The notes under the pieces are model-generated. The model saw only the letters and a program-made list of their open reading frames with translations, did not search any database and had not been told where the DNA came from. Position numbers and translations under genes: made by a program. From the NCBI GenBank assembly GCA_963837055.1, contig CAWILU010000003.1, positions 199,524 through 263,523 on the forward strand: DNA of 64,000 nt. The letters run 5' to 3'. Positions 55,906-64,000 of the stretch are shown here, in pieces. How positions within the stretch are numbered: the first letter of the stretch is position 1; every line of letters starts with the position of its first letter. The stretch is from an uncultured Acidobacteriota bacterium (GTDB lineage: Bacteria > Actinomycetota > Acidimicrobiia > Spongiisociales > ZC4RG35).

Positions 55906-58900
55906 GAGTCGTCCTCCTCATAGATCGCGGTGCGGTGGATGCCCACCATCTGCTCGTAGAGCTGCCACCGGTCATCGATGTCTCGCTGCGCGAGCTCGGC
56001 GAGCTCGGCGGCTCGCTCCGGGTTGGTTCGGCCGAGCATTGCGAATCGTCCCTCGTTCTTGGCGAAGTCGGCGAAGCGAATCGTCGGCTTGCGACTGTCG
56101 AGACGCAGCCCAGGCTCACCGGCACGCTCCCGGGCTGGGTCGTACCTGAAGAGTGGCCAGTACCCGGAGTCCGCCGCCTCCTTCTGATGGGACATCTGGG
56201 TCGACATGTCGATGCCGTGTGCGATGCAAGGGCTGTAGGCGATGATCAGAGACACGCCCTCGTGTGCCTCGGCCTCTGCGAAAGCCTTGACCGTCTGGGT
56301 CTGGTTGGCGCCCATCGCGATCTGGGCAACGTAGACGTTGCCGTAAGCCATCGCGAACTGACCTAGGTCCTTCTTCCCGGTCGTCTTCCCGCCGGCAGCG
56401 AACTTGGCGATGGCCGCCCTCGGCGTTGCTTTGGAGGCCTGACCTCCGGTGTTGGAGTAGACCTCGGTGTCGAGCACGAGGATGTTCAGGTCCCGCCCCG
56501 TCGACAGGACATGGTCCAGGCCGCCGAAGCCGATGTCGTAGGCCCAGCCATCACCCCCGACGATCCAGATGCTCGTCTCCACCAGGGAATCTGCGACTCC
56601 CTCTAGCCGTCGTGGCAGCGGGCCTTCGAGCCCGGCCAGCCTCGTCTTGAGCTCGGACACCAATTCACGCTGTCTCGACACCAGATGGTCGAGATCGGTG
56701 CGATCCGGGATCTCGTCGACCGCGAGAATCTCCTCTGCCAGGGCGCCCAGTTCGGGAGCCAGGGCAGTCACCAACAGAAGGGCATCCTTTCGCTGCGCCT
56801 CGAGGGCGAGCCTCATCCCCAGCCCGAACTCGGCGTTGTCCTCGAACAGACTGTTCGCCCACGCCGGGCCACGCCCTTGATCGTCCGTAGCCCACGGCGT
56901 CGTCGGCAGGTTCCCGCCGTAGATCGATGAGCAACCCGTGGCATTGGCGACGATCACCCGGTCGCCGAGCATCTGGGTCATCAGCTTGAGATACGGGGTC
57001 TCCCCGCATCCGGCACACGCGCCAGAGAACTCGAAAAGTGGGCGTTGGAATTGAGATCCCTTCACCGAGGCGACCTTGAGCTGGGACCGGGGAGTCTCCG
57101 GGATCTCGAGGAAATAGGTCCAGTTACGCCGCTCCCGATCGAGATGCTCGCCCTTGGGGCGCATGTTGATCGCTTTGTGCTTGACCATCTCTTTGGACCG
57201 TGCCGGGCAAACATCGACACACACCCCGCATCCGGTGCAATCGTCCGGTGCCACCTGGACATTGATCTTCCATCCGGCCAGGTCGTTGGTCTCTGATTCC
57301 TTCCAAGGGAATTCTTCAGGCGTCTTCGTCGACCAATCGAACGCCTTGATCCGGATCGCTGCGTGCGGGCACACCAGGGCGCACTTGCCGCAATCGATGC
57401 AGATCGACGGGTCCCATATCGGGATCTCGTCGGCGATCGACCGTTTCTCCCAGAGCGCGGTCGCGGTCGGGAACGTCCCGTCGACAGGCATCGCGGAGAC
57501 CGGGAGCAGATCGCCCCGCCCGGCCATCATCATCGCGGTGATTCGCTTCACGAAGTCGGGGGCGACTTCGGGGACGATCGGCATAGCGGGCGATGCCGGT
57601 GGAGCCTCGCCGACCTCGACCCGGAAGAGGCCGTTCAAGGCCCGGTCCACAGCCTCTTCGTTCCTTCGCACCACGGTCTCGCCCTGTCGCCCATAGCTCT
57701 TCCGGATGTGGGCCTTGACCGACGCCACGGCGGTCTCTGTGTCGAGGATGTCGGTCAGATGGAAGAAGCAAGTCTGGAGCACCGTGTTGACCCGGCCACC
57801 CAACCCGAGCTCACGGGCGATGGCGAGTGCGTCCACCGCCCAGACCTCCAGGTCCTTTTCCACGATCCGCCGCCGGATATGCGACTGGGAGTCTCGACCA
57901 GACGTCATCGGGCGGATAGGGGCAATTGAGCAAGAACCGTGGCGCCGTCGAGCTGCGATCTCGAGGGCGTCGTCGGCGTCCAGGAAGTCGAACTGGTGGA
58001 CGGCGACGAAGTCCGCCTGGTCGATCAGGTAGGTGGAGCGGATCTCTCGGGGCGAGACGCGCAGATGGGAGACGGTGCGAGACCCCGACTTCTTCGAGTC
58101 GTAGACGAAGTATCCCTGGGCATACATCGGCGTCTCTTCGCCGATGATCTTGACCGAGTTCTTGTTGGCCCCGACCGTCCCGTCGGAGCCGAGCCCGTAG
58201 AAGACGGCTCTGGCCACGTCCTCTGGCTCTTCCCACCAGAGCGGCTCGTAGGTGATGGAGCTGCGAGACACATCGTCGACGATGCCGACCGTGAAATGCC
58301 GTCGCGGTTCGTCGTCCCGGACTTCGTCGAAGACGCCGGCCACCATTGCCGGGGTGAACTCCTTCGACGAAAGCCCATAGCGACCGGCGAAGACGTCGGC
58401 TCGCCAACCACCTTCCGCCAGTGCGGTGACGACATCGAGGTAGAGCGGATCGCCGACAGCGCCGGGCTCCTTGGTGCGGTCCATGGCCACCACGCGGTTG
58501 ACACTCTGCGGCAGCTCGCCCAGAAAAGCGGCCACGTCGAATGGCCGATACAGGCGAACTACGAGAACCCCAACCTTTTGTCCTTCTTCGACGAGACGAT
58601 CCACGGCCTCGATCGCCGCCCCTGCTCCGGAGCCCATGATCACCAGCACCGTCTCGGCATCGGCGGCGCCGTGATACTCGAAGGGCTTGTACCGGCGACC
58701 CGTTTCCTCGGCCAGCTTGTCCATGGCGCCGATGACGATCGTCGGCACCAGATCGTAGAAGGGGTTTGCCGCCTCTCGGGCCTGGAAGAAGACGTCCGGG
58801 TTCTGGGCCGAACCTCTGAGCACGGGGCGGTTTGGATTGAGAGCCCGCAACCGATGCGCAGCGATCAGATCCTCGTCGATGAGTCGGCGCAGGACAGCGT

Positions 58901-59465
58901 CGCCGATCCGCTCGATCTTGGCGACCTCGTGGGACGTCCTGAACCCGTCGAAGAAGTGGAGAAAGGGCACCCGCGACTCGAGCGTGGCCAGGTGGGCGAC
59001 CAGGGCAAGGTCGTGAGCTTCCTGGACCGAGCCCGAGGAGAGCATGGCGAACCCGGTTTGCCGGGCCCCCATCACGTCGGAGTGGTCGCCGAATATGGAG
59101 AGGGCGTGAGTGGCGATCGACCTCGCCGCCACGTGAATGACCACGGGAGAGAGCTCGCCCGCGATCTTGAACATGTTGGGCAGCATCAGGAGCAGGCCCT
59201 GCGAGGCGGTGAAGGTCGTGGTAAGCGCACCGGCCTGCAGCGAACCGTGAACCGCGCCGGCGGCACCTGCCTCACTCTGCATCTCGATGACATCGGGGAC
59301 GACGCCCCAGAGGTTGGGTATTCCCTCCAGTGCCCAGGCATCGGCGAGCTCGCCCATCGGCGAAGCCGGCGTGATCGGGTAGATCGCTATGACCTCGCTG
59401 AGGGGATAGGCGATCATGGCGGCGGCCTCATTGCCGTCGACGATCACGAAGTCAGGCGTGCCCAC
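55902..59465 (-). CDS. nifJ: Pyruvate:ferredoxin (flavodoxin) oxidoreductase, single-polypeptide NifJ/PFOR type
   Basis: VDGNEAAAMIAYPLSEVIAIYPITPASPMGE, two 4Fe-4S motifs (CIDCGKCALVCPHAAI, CTGCGVCVDVCPA), and TPP domain GGDGWAYDIGFGG. The ORF is open to 59594, but the GTG at 59465 gives a canonical N-terminus. It contains a compensated frameshift (57885-57937). Confidence 0.9.
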   Translation of the reverse strand: MGTPDFVIVDGNEAAAMIAYPLSEVIAIYPITPASPMGELADAWALEGIPNLWGVVPDVIEMQSEAGAAGAVHGSLQAGALTTTFTASQGLLLMLPNMFKIAGELSPVVIHVAARSIATHALSIFGDHSDVMGARQTGFAMLSSGSVQEAHDLALVAHLATLESRVPFLHFFDGFRTSHEVAKIERIGDAVLRRLIDEDLIAAHRLRALNPNRPVLRGSAQNPDVFFQAREAANPFYDLVPTIVIGAMDKLAEETGRRYKPFEYHGAADAETVLVIMGSGAGAAIEAVDRLVEEGQKVGVLVVRLYRPFDVAAFLGELPQSVNRVVAMDRTKEPGAVGDPLYLDVVTALAEGGWRADVFAGRYGLSSKEFTPAMVAGVFDEVRDDEPRRHFTVGIVDDVSRSSITYEPLWWEEPEDVARAVFYGLGSDGTVGANKNSVKIIGEETPMYAQGYFVYDSKKSGSRTVSHLRVSPREIRSTYLIDQADFVAVHQFDFLDADDALEIAARRRHGSCSIAPIRPMTSGRDSQSHIRRRIVEKDLEVWAVDALAIARELGLGGRVNTVLQTCFFHLTDILDTETAVASVKAHIRKSYGRQGETVVRRNEEAVDRALNGLFRVEVGEAPPASPAMPIVPEVAPDFVKRITAMMMAGRGDLLPVSAMPVDGTFPTATALWEKRSIADEIPIWDPSICIDCGKCALVCPHAAIRIKAFDWSTKTPEEFPWKESETNDLAGWKINVQVAPDDCTGCGVCVDVCPARSKEMVKHKAINMRPKGEHLDRERRNWTYFLEIPETPRSQLKVASVKGSQFQRPLFEFSGACAGCGETPYLKLMTQMLGDRVIVANATGCSSIYGGNLPTTPWATDDQGRGPAWANSLFEDNAEFGLGMRLALEAQRKDALLLVTALAPELGALAEEILAVDEIPDRTDLDHLVSRQRELVSELKTRLAGLEGPLPRRLEGVADSLVETSIWIVGGDGWAYDIGFGGLDHVLSTGRDLNILVLDTEVYSNTGGQASKATPRAAIAKFAAGGKTTGKKDLGQFAMAYGNVYVAQIAMGANQTQTVKAFAEAEAHEGVSLIIAYSPCIAHGIDMSTQMSHQKEAADSGYWPLFRYDPARERAGEPGLRLDSRKPTIRFADFAKNEGRFAMLGRTNPERAAELAELAQRDIDDRWQLYEQMVGIHRTAIYEEDDS

Positions 59466-59502
59466 CTGGCCAACGTTATCTCGGAATATCGTGCGCCTAC
59501 CA

Positions 59503-59516
59503 GGGACCAAAGACCC
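59503..59516. promoter_or_regulatory. GGGACCAAAGACCC, second DevR/DosR-box-like element, between PFOR and the divergent decarboxylase gene
   Basis: Read directly. GGGAC-N4-GaCCC, 38 nt upstream of the proposed PFOR GTG. Confidence 0.3.
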
Positions 59517-59557
59517 TCCATGAGCGACCGTTTCGTCGGGGTCGGTATCTTCCAAGA

Positions 59558-60899
59558 ATGGAAGAGCTGCTCCGAGAGGCTGCCAACCGCGCAATCCGGT
59601 ACCGCCAGGGTCTTCCCAGCGAGCCAGTCAGGCCAGATCCCACCGCCGACCTGAGCGAACTGGGAGGGGACCTCCCGGAGAGCCCAACCGATCCGATGAA
59701 AGTCCTCGAGCTCATCGACGAGGTCGGCTCGCCCGCCACTATGGGGTTCTCCAGCCCCCGGTTCTTCGGGTGGGTTATTGGAGGGCGTCCAGCCGGTGGC
59801 GCTGGCTGCGGACTGGATGGTGTCGGCATGGGATCAGCCCACCTACGCCGCCGCTGCCAGCCCAGCAACAGTGGCGATGGAGGCTTCCGCAATCCGATGG
59901 ATCAAAGAGGCGACGGGACTACCTGAGAGCTCCTGGGGCGTCTTCGTGACCGGGACCACCGTGGGTCACATCGCAACACTCGCGGCCGCCCGGTCGGCGG
60001 TCCTTGCCGCGGAAGGCTGGGATGCCACCCGGGATGGCCTGTTTGGGGCTCCCCCGATCGAAGTCGTGGTCGGGGAAGAAGTGCATCCATCGTTGGTGAA
60101 GGCTTTGGGCGTAGTCGGGCTCGGACGGGACAGGGTGACCCGGGTCCCGGTCGATGATCAAGGTCGCATGCGCGCCGATGCATTTCCCGATATCAAGTCG
60201 CCGGCGATCGTCTGTCTCCAGGCAGGGAACGTCAACACCGGCTCCTTCGACCCGATGGCCGAAATCATCCCCCGGGCGAAGGAATCAGGGGCCTGGGTCC
60301 ACATCGATGGTGCATTCGGGTTCTGGGCGGCAGCTTCTCCCCGACTCTCGCATCTCGTCGCAGGGATGGAATTGGCCGACTCCTGGGCAACCGACGCCCA
60401 CAAGTACCTGAATGTCCCTTACGACTCCGGGCTGGCCCTCGTCCGCAACCCTTCGACCCTGGAGAGGCTCATGAGCGTGGAAGCTGCCTACCTGCTCGAG
60501 GGTGAGATGGCCCAGGACCCAGGGCCTTATGCGCCAGAGATGTCCCGCCGCGCCCGTGGCGTGCCCACCTGGGCCGTCCTCAAGACCCTGGGTAGGGCTG
60601 GGCTAGCCGATGCCATCGAAAGCACAGTCCTCATGGCTCAGCGCTTCTCTGAGGCAATGGCCAACGCCGGGTTCTCCATCCTGAACGACGTAGTTCTCAA
60701 TCAGGTCTTGGTCAGCTTCGGCAGCGCGGATGAGACGGAGAGAATCGTCGAACAGGTTCAGCTCGACGGCACGATGTACGCAGGCCCGACCGTCTGGCAG
60801 GGCCAAACGGCGATGCGTGTTTCGGTCTCGAACTTCGACACCGATGAACAGGCCATCGATGAGAGCGTCGCCGCTGTGCTCAGCGCCGCCCGCCCTTAG
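59558..60899 (+). pseudogene. Group II PLP-dependent decarboxylase with one +1 frameshift
   Basis: N-terminus in ORF 59558 (...GSPATMGFSSPRFFGWVIGG). It continues in ORF 59778 (VQPVALAADWMVSAWDQ...SWATDAHKYLNVPYDSG). Shift near 59786. Confidence 0.75.
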
Positions 60900-61921
60900 A
60901 TCCCGAGGTTCTTGCGAACGGTGGCGAGGTCACCCTGCCAGACGTTCTGGATCAGGATCGGCTTGAAGCCCATCTCGACGTTGATGCTCAACATCGGTGC
61001 GTTCGAGCCCGCGTTCTCGGTATCGATCCGTCGCACGTTCGGGTACATCTCACGGATCTTCAGGGCCATGGCTGCCTTGACCCACCGTCCCAAGCCCTTG
61101 TTGCGATGCTTGGGGTCGACCCCGGTGTCCCACTGGTCGACCAAATCAGGCTGAAGACGCTTCTGGCCAACGGTCGTGTAGCCGGCGAACTGGCCGGTCG
61201 GCTTGTGGCGGGCCACGTAACTCAAGATGTCGCGACCCGTCAATGCCATCTTTGATTCGATATCACGCCAGATCTCCGGCGTCATCGTCTCTTCCTCTTC
61301 GATGTAGTCCTCACGCGGCGCCGTGTTCATCACGAACATGAGATCACAAAAGGCCTCGAGGTACTCGTCCTCGACCGGGCTACGCAGGAACAACAACTCG
61401 TAGTCGGAGGCGCGCTCAGCCGCTCGTGACATCCACGACTCCATCAGCTCCCAATCGATCTCGTCGAAGATGAGACGGCTCACCTTTTCTCGATAAGCCG
61501 ACTTCATCCCGGCGCGCTTTGCCAGTCCTTCCTCGGACCGCCCGTCGGGGATCGCTACCGCCATCCGGGTTCGGCCATCGGCCTGGGCGGCATCCGCCAT
61601 CGCAGTCGCTATCGCTCGGCCGTAACCAGATCCACGATGGAGGGGATGGACGAAGACCCACCCGAATGCGTTCTCCAGGTTCTCCACCAGATCGAGGTGA
61701 AGACCCGACGTAGCCACGATCTCGGGGCCCTTCCACATGACCCAATGAGACACCCGCTCGACTTCGAGTGGATGACGCCAGTCGAGAAGACGCTGGGCGA
61801 GGGGAACGGGTGGATCGCCGGGCAATACTTCCTCGTCGAAGATGAGATGCAGGTCATGCATCGCCTCGAGGGTCTCCTCGGGCGCAACACGAGTGTCGAC
61901 GAATTCGATGTGGGAAGACAT
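60896..61921 (-). CDS. Two-domain GNAT family acetyltransferase
   Basis: 341 aa with two acetyl-CoA-binding-like motifs: VHPLHRGSGYGRAI and VDPKHRNKGLGRWV. Confidence 0.7.
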   Translation of the reverse strand: MSSHIEFVDTRVAPEETLEAMHDLHLIFDEEVLPGDPPVPLAQRLLDWRHPLEVERVSHWVMWKGPEIVATSGLHLDLVENLENAFGWVFVHPLHRGSGYGRAIATAMADAAQADGRTRMAVAIPDGRSEEGLAKRAGMKSAYREKVSRLIFDEIDWELMESWMSRAAERASDYELLFLRSPVEDEYLEAFCDLMFVMNTAPREDYIEEEETMTPEIWRDIESKMALTGRDILSYVARHKPTGQFAGYTTVGQKRLQPDLVDQWDTGVDPKHRNKGLGRWVKAAMALKIREMYPNVRRIDTENAGSNAPMLSINVEMGFKPILIQNVWQGDLATVRKNLGI

Positions 61922-61933
61922 AACCCGTCGAGG

Positions 61934-62548
61934 CTAGGAATCGCTGGTTCCAGCTGCGGGTGAATTATCAGCTGCGGTCGGGTCTTGGGTCTGCTCGGCC
62001 CACTCCATCCGGGTGATCCGATACACGATGTGGTGGCGAAGCCGAGCATCGTCGAGAAGACGGGGATGATCGAAGTCCAGCTCGGGAGCGCGGCTCATAC
62101 CCAAACGGATCATCACTTCCTGGGAGCGCTCATTGGCCGGGACCGTCCAGCTGAGGACATCCTCGAGATCCGCTTCGTCGAAGCCGAAGTCGAGTGCTGC
62201 CTTGGCGGCTTCAGTGGCAAACCCGTTGCCCCACTCGGCGCGGGCGAAGCGCCAACCGATCTCGACCGCAGGAGTGAAGTGGGTGCGGAAGGTTGGGACG
62301 GCAAGACCTGCGAATCCGACGAGTCTCGGCGACCATCTGGTTTCGACTGCCCACAGACCGAATCCGAACTCTTCGAAATGACGTTCGAATTGGTTCAGCA
62401 GCTGGTCCGATTCTTCCCGTGCGAGGATACCGGGGAAGTGCTCCATCACCTCGGGGTCGGCGTTGAGCGCAGCGAAACCATCACGATCTTGGTCGCTCCA
62501 TCTTCGGAGGACGAGGCGCTCGGTCTCGATGGTCGGCCCGCTGGCCAT
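61934..62548 (-). CDS. GNAT family N-acetyltransferase (RimJ/RimL-like)
   Basis: TERLVLRRWSDQD...WGNGFATEAA...N.RS..VM.RLGM pattern. Confidence 0.8.
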   Translation of the reverse strand: MASGPTIETERLVLRRWSDQDRDGFAALNADPEVMEHFPGILAREESDQLLNQFERHFEEFGFGLWAVETRWSPRLVGFAGLAVPTFRTHFTPAVEIGWRFARAEWGNGFATEAAKAALDFGFDEADLEDVLSWTVPANERSQEVMIRLGMSRAPELDFDHPRLLDDARLRHHIVYRITRMEWAEQTQDPTAADNSPAAGTSDS

Positions 62549-62576
62549 TGGATGAGGGTAGGCAGGGTGGATCGAG

Positions 62577-63626
62577 TCAACCAGGTGCCGGCGGATCGGA
62601 CCCGGGCTTGATGAAGCGAATCCGACCAGGACCCAGACGGGGGTCGATCCGGTAACCGAAGCCGTGGACGACCACGTGATGATGAAACCAACAAAGCGTT
62701 GTCAGATTCTCCGGCGTGGTCGGCCCGCCCTCCGACCACGGGACGATGTGATGAACCTCGAGCCGATATCGACTCGGGCATCCATCGCAGGTGCATCCCC
62801 AGTCCCGATGAAGGACGAATCGCCGCAACTTGTTGGGTATGACCCGACTTCGTCTCCCCACTGCGAGGGGGCGGCCATCAGACGTCCGGATGAGCTCCAA
62901 ACTGCCGGCGCAGGCCACCTTGTCCAATATCTCCGGACCGACGGCTGTTGAGCCTCCCACCTCCACGCCCATGTCGTCGACGAAGACCGAGATGAGTGGG
63001 GTGGTCGTCCCGGTTGGACGGGATTCTTCGCAAATGGCGGTCAATGCAACCGCTTTTCGGTATCCGAGCCCGGGGCGAGTCCCATCTGGCAGCGGGCCGA
63101 TGGTGTCGGCGACCTCGGTCAGGACCTTGTCCACGACAGGGCCTGAATAGCCGTCGAGCTCGCCCCACAGGGCCCACCGCGATTCATCGAGATTGGGCTG
63201 GAGAGTCAGCGCTTGGGCGGCATGCGAAACATGGTCGTCGGCCCGGGAAAGACGGCGGTGTCTGGCGGCAACGCGGCGCAGGCCTTGGATGTCGAGGCCG
63301 TAGTGCCATTCGGCGCGGCTTTCAGCCGGGATCCTCGACATGGCCTCGGCCCGATCGAAGGTGATCTCACCACGCTGGAGTGCCTGGGCCAGCTCGGGAG
63401 CGTCCTGAAGACGCTGGGCGGTCGAAGTGAGCCGATAGGCAGTCTCCGACGACAGGTCGAGCCTGCCAGAGGCCCATTCTCGCAACGTCCTGCAACCGTC
63501 GGCGATCGGTAGCTGCATCCGATCGGCGAGTGCCAGCAGCGCCAGCTGGCGGGCCCTTGCGGCGCCAACCTTCGCCTCTTCGGCTAGAAGCTCTTGTTCG
63601 ATCTGATCTGGTGTCAAACCCCTCAT
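62577..63626 (-). CDS. DUF222 + HNH endonuclease domain protein (mycobacterial 13E12-repeat-like family)
   Basis: C-terminal HNH: CDGCPSRYRLEVHHIVPWSEGGPTTPENLTTLCWFHHHVVH. The N-terminal helical domain is typical of DUF222. Confidence 0.8.
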   Translation of the reverse strand: MRGLTPDQIEQELLAEEAKVGAARARQLALLALADRMQLPIADGCRTLREWASGRLDLSSETAYRLTSTAQRLQDAPELAQALQRGEITFDRAEAMSRIPAESRAEWHYGLDIQGLRRVAARHRRLSRADDHVSHAAQALTLQPNLDESRWALWGELDGYSGPVVDKVLTEVADTIGPLPDGTRPGLGYRKAVALTAICEESRPTGTTTPLISVFVDDMGVEVGGSTAVGPEILDKVACAGSLELIRTSDGRPLAVGRRSRVIPNKLRRFVLHRDWGCTCDGCPSRYRLEVHHIVPWSEGGPTTPENLTTLCWFHHHVVVHGFGYRIDPRLGPGRIRFIKPGSDPPAPG

Positions 63627-63676
63627 GCCCCAAACGTAGGAGGGGGGTGTGACATTTTTTCCCCGTCAGCGGGGAA

Positions 63677-64000
63677 TCAGTCGACCTTTTTTCCGATTTT
63701 CTCGGTGGCGTCCTTCACAGTGTCGCCGGCCTTCGAAGCAGCGTCCTTCATGGAGTCGCCCGCCTTCTTGGCGACGTCACCGACTTCATCCGCCACATTC
63801 GAGGCTGTCTTCTTCGCGTCGCCGGCGACTTTCTTCGCCGTGGTGCCCACATCGTCGGCAAAGTCGTTGGCAGCCTTCTTGGCGCTATCGACTGCGTCCT
63901 CGATGAGTACTCCGGTTTCCTTCAGACGCGGGATCACCTGGTCGGCCACATCCGCGGCTCGGTCCTCACCGATGATCGGACCCAGCTTCGATTCGAATTT
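63677..64000 (-). CDS. Lys/Ala/Asp-rich protein built from 11-residue repeats (LEA-3/CsbD-like stress protein candidate), possibly 5'-truncated by the window end
   Basis: VGTTAKKVAGD/AKKTASNVADE/VGDVAKKAGDS/MKDAASKAGDT/VKDATEKIGKK. The frame stays open upstream of the GTG at 63949 to the window end. Confidence 0.5.
   Translation of the reverse strand, partial: KFESKLGPIIGEDRAADVADQVIPRLKETGVLIEDAVDSAKKAANDFADDVGTTAKKVAGDAKKTASNVADEVGDVAKKAGDSMKDAASKAGDTVKDATEKIGKKVD

Noticed and set aside
57939-59654. 571-aa ORF on the + strand (and 55075-55923, 55935-56366)
   Set aside because: They are antisense to PFOR and the DHOD-like gene, which have unmistakable conserved motifs. There is no recognisable domain.

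Overview
GC-rich bacterial chromosome segment. Its gene content looks actinobacterial: LLM/F420-type oxidoreductases, a DUF222-HNH protein, SufU-type Fe-S machinery and an lpd-E2-lipB-lipA block. I could not see any rRNA, tRNA, CRISPR array, transposase or integrase. Block A (1-24.1 kb) is a cell-envelope glycan locus. It holds GDP-mannose-derived deoxysugar genes (gmd plus an SDR reductase/epimerase), wecB, five or six glycosyltransferases, three SAM methyltransferases, a Wzm/Wzt ABC exporter and a WbdD-like methyltransferase-kinase-coiled-coil protein. It also holds a polytopic GT-C-like membrane protein and three secreted proteins (unknown N-domain, M15 peptidase, L,D-transpeptidase) that share one C-terminal FG-GAP-like repeat module. 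Block B (24.2-36.4 kb) is housekeeping: a lipB-lipA single ORF, E2, lpdA, fadE with a divergent tetR, two LLM oxidoreductases, tyrA and ybaK. Block C (36.4-45.3 kb) has two convergent suf half-operons, sufC-sufS-sufU and sufD-Rieske-sufC', separated by xseAB, fumC and a peptidase. No sufB is present, and both halves are preceded by the same roughly 30-bp dyad. Block D (45.4-51.7 kb) holds a DUF4015 GH-like protein, a group-2-like sigma factor, an aminotransferase and a cupredoxin-fused two-domain multicopper oxidase. Block E (51.7-59.6 kb) looks like a hypoxia/anaerobic island: a CBS-only protein, a PPOX-like protein, a GAF histidine kinase with a NarL-type regulator, and a DHOD-like protein with PFOR. 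It carries two DevR(DosR)-like half-degenerate palindromes. Block F (59.6-64 kb) holds a PLP decarboxylase, two GNATs, DUF222-HNH and an 11-mer-repeat protein. Across the window I found at least 11 single-nucleotide indels in otherwise well-conserved genes, and 9 of them are +1 insertions. Five fall within the first 2 kb (gmd and its neighbour). These are either real pseudogenisation or uncorrected assembly errors, so every fusion, overlap and start call here should be read with that in mind.
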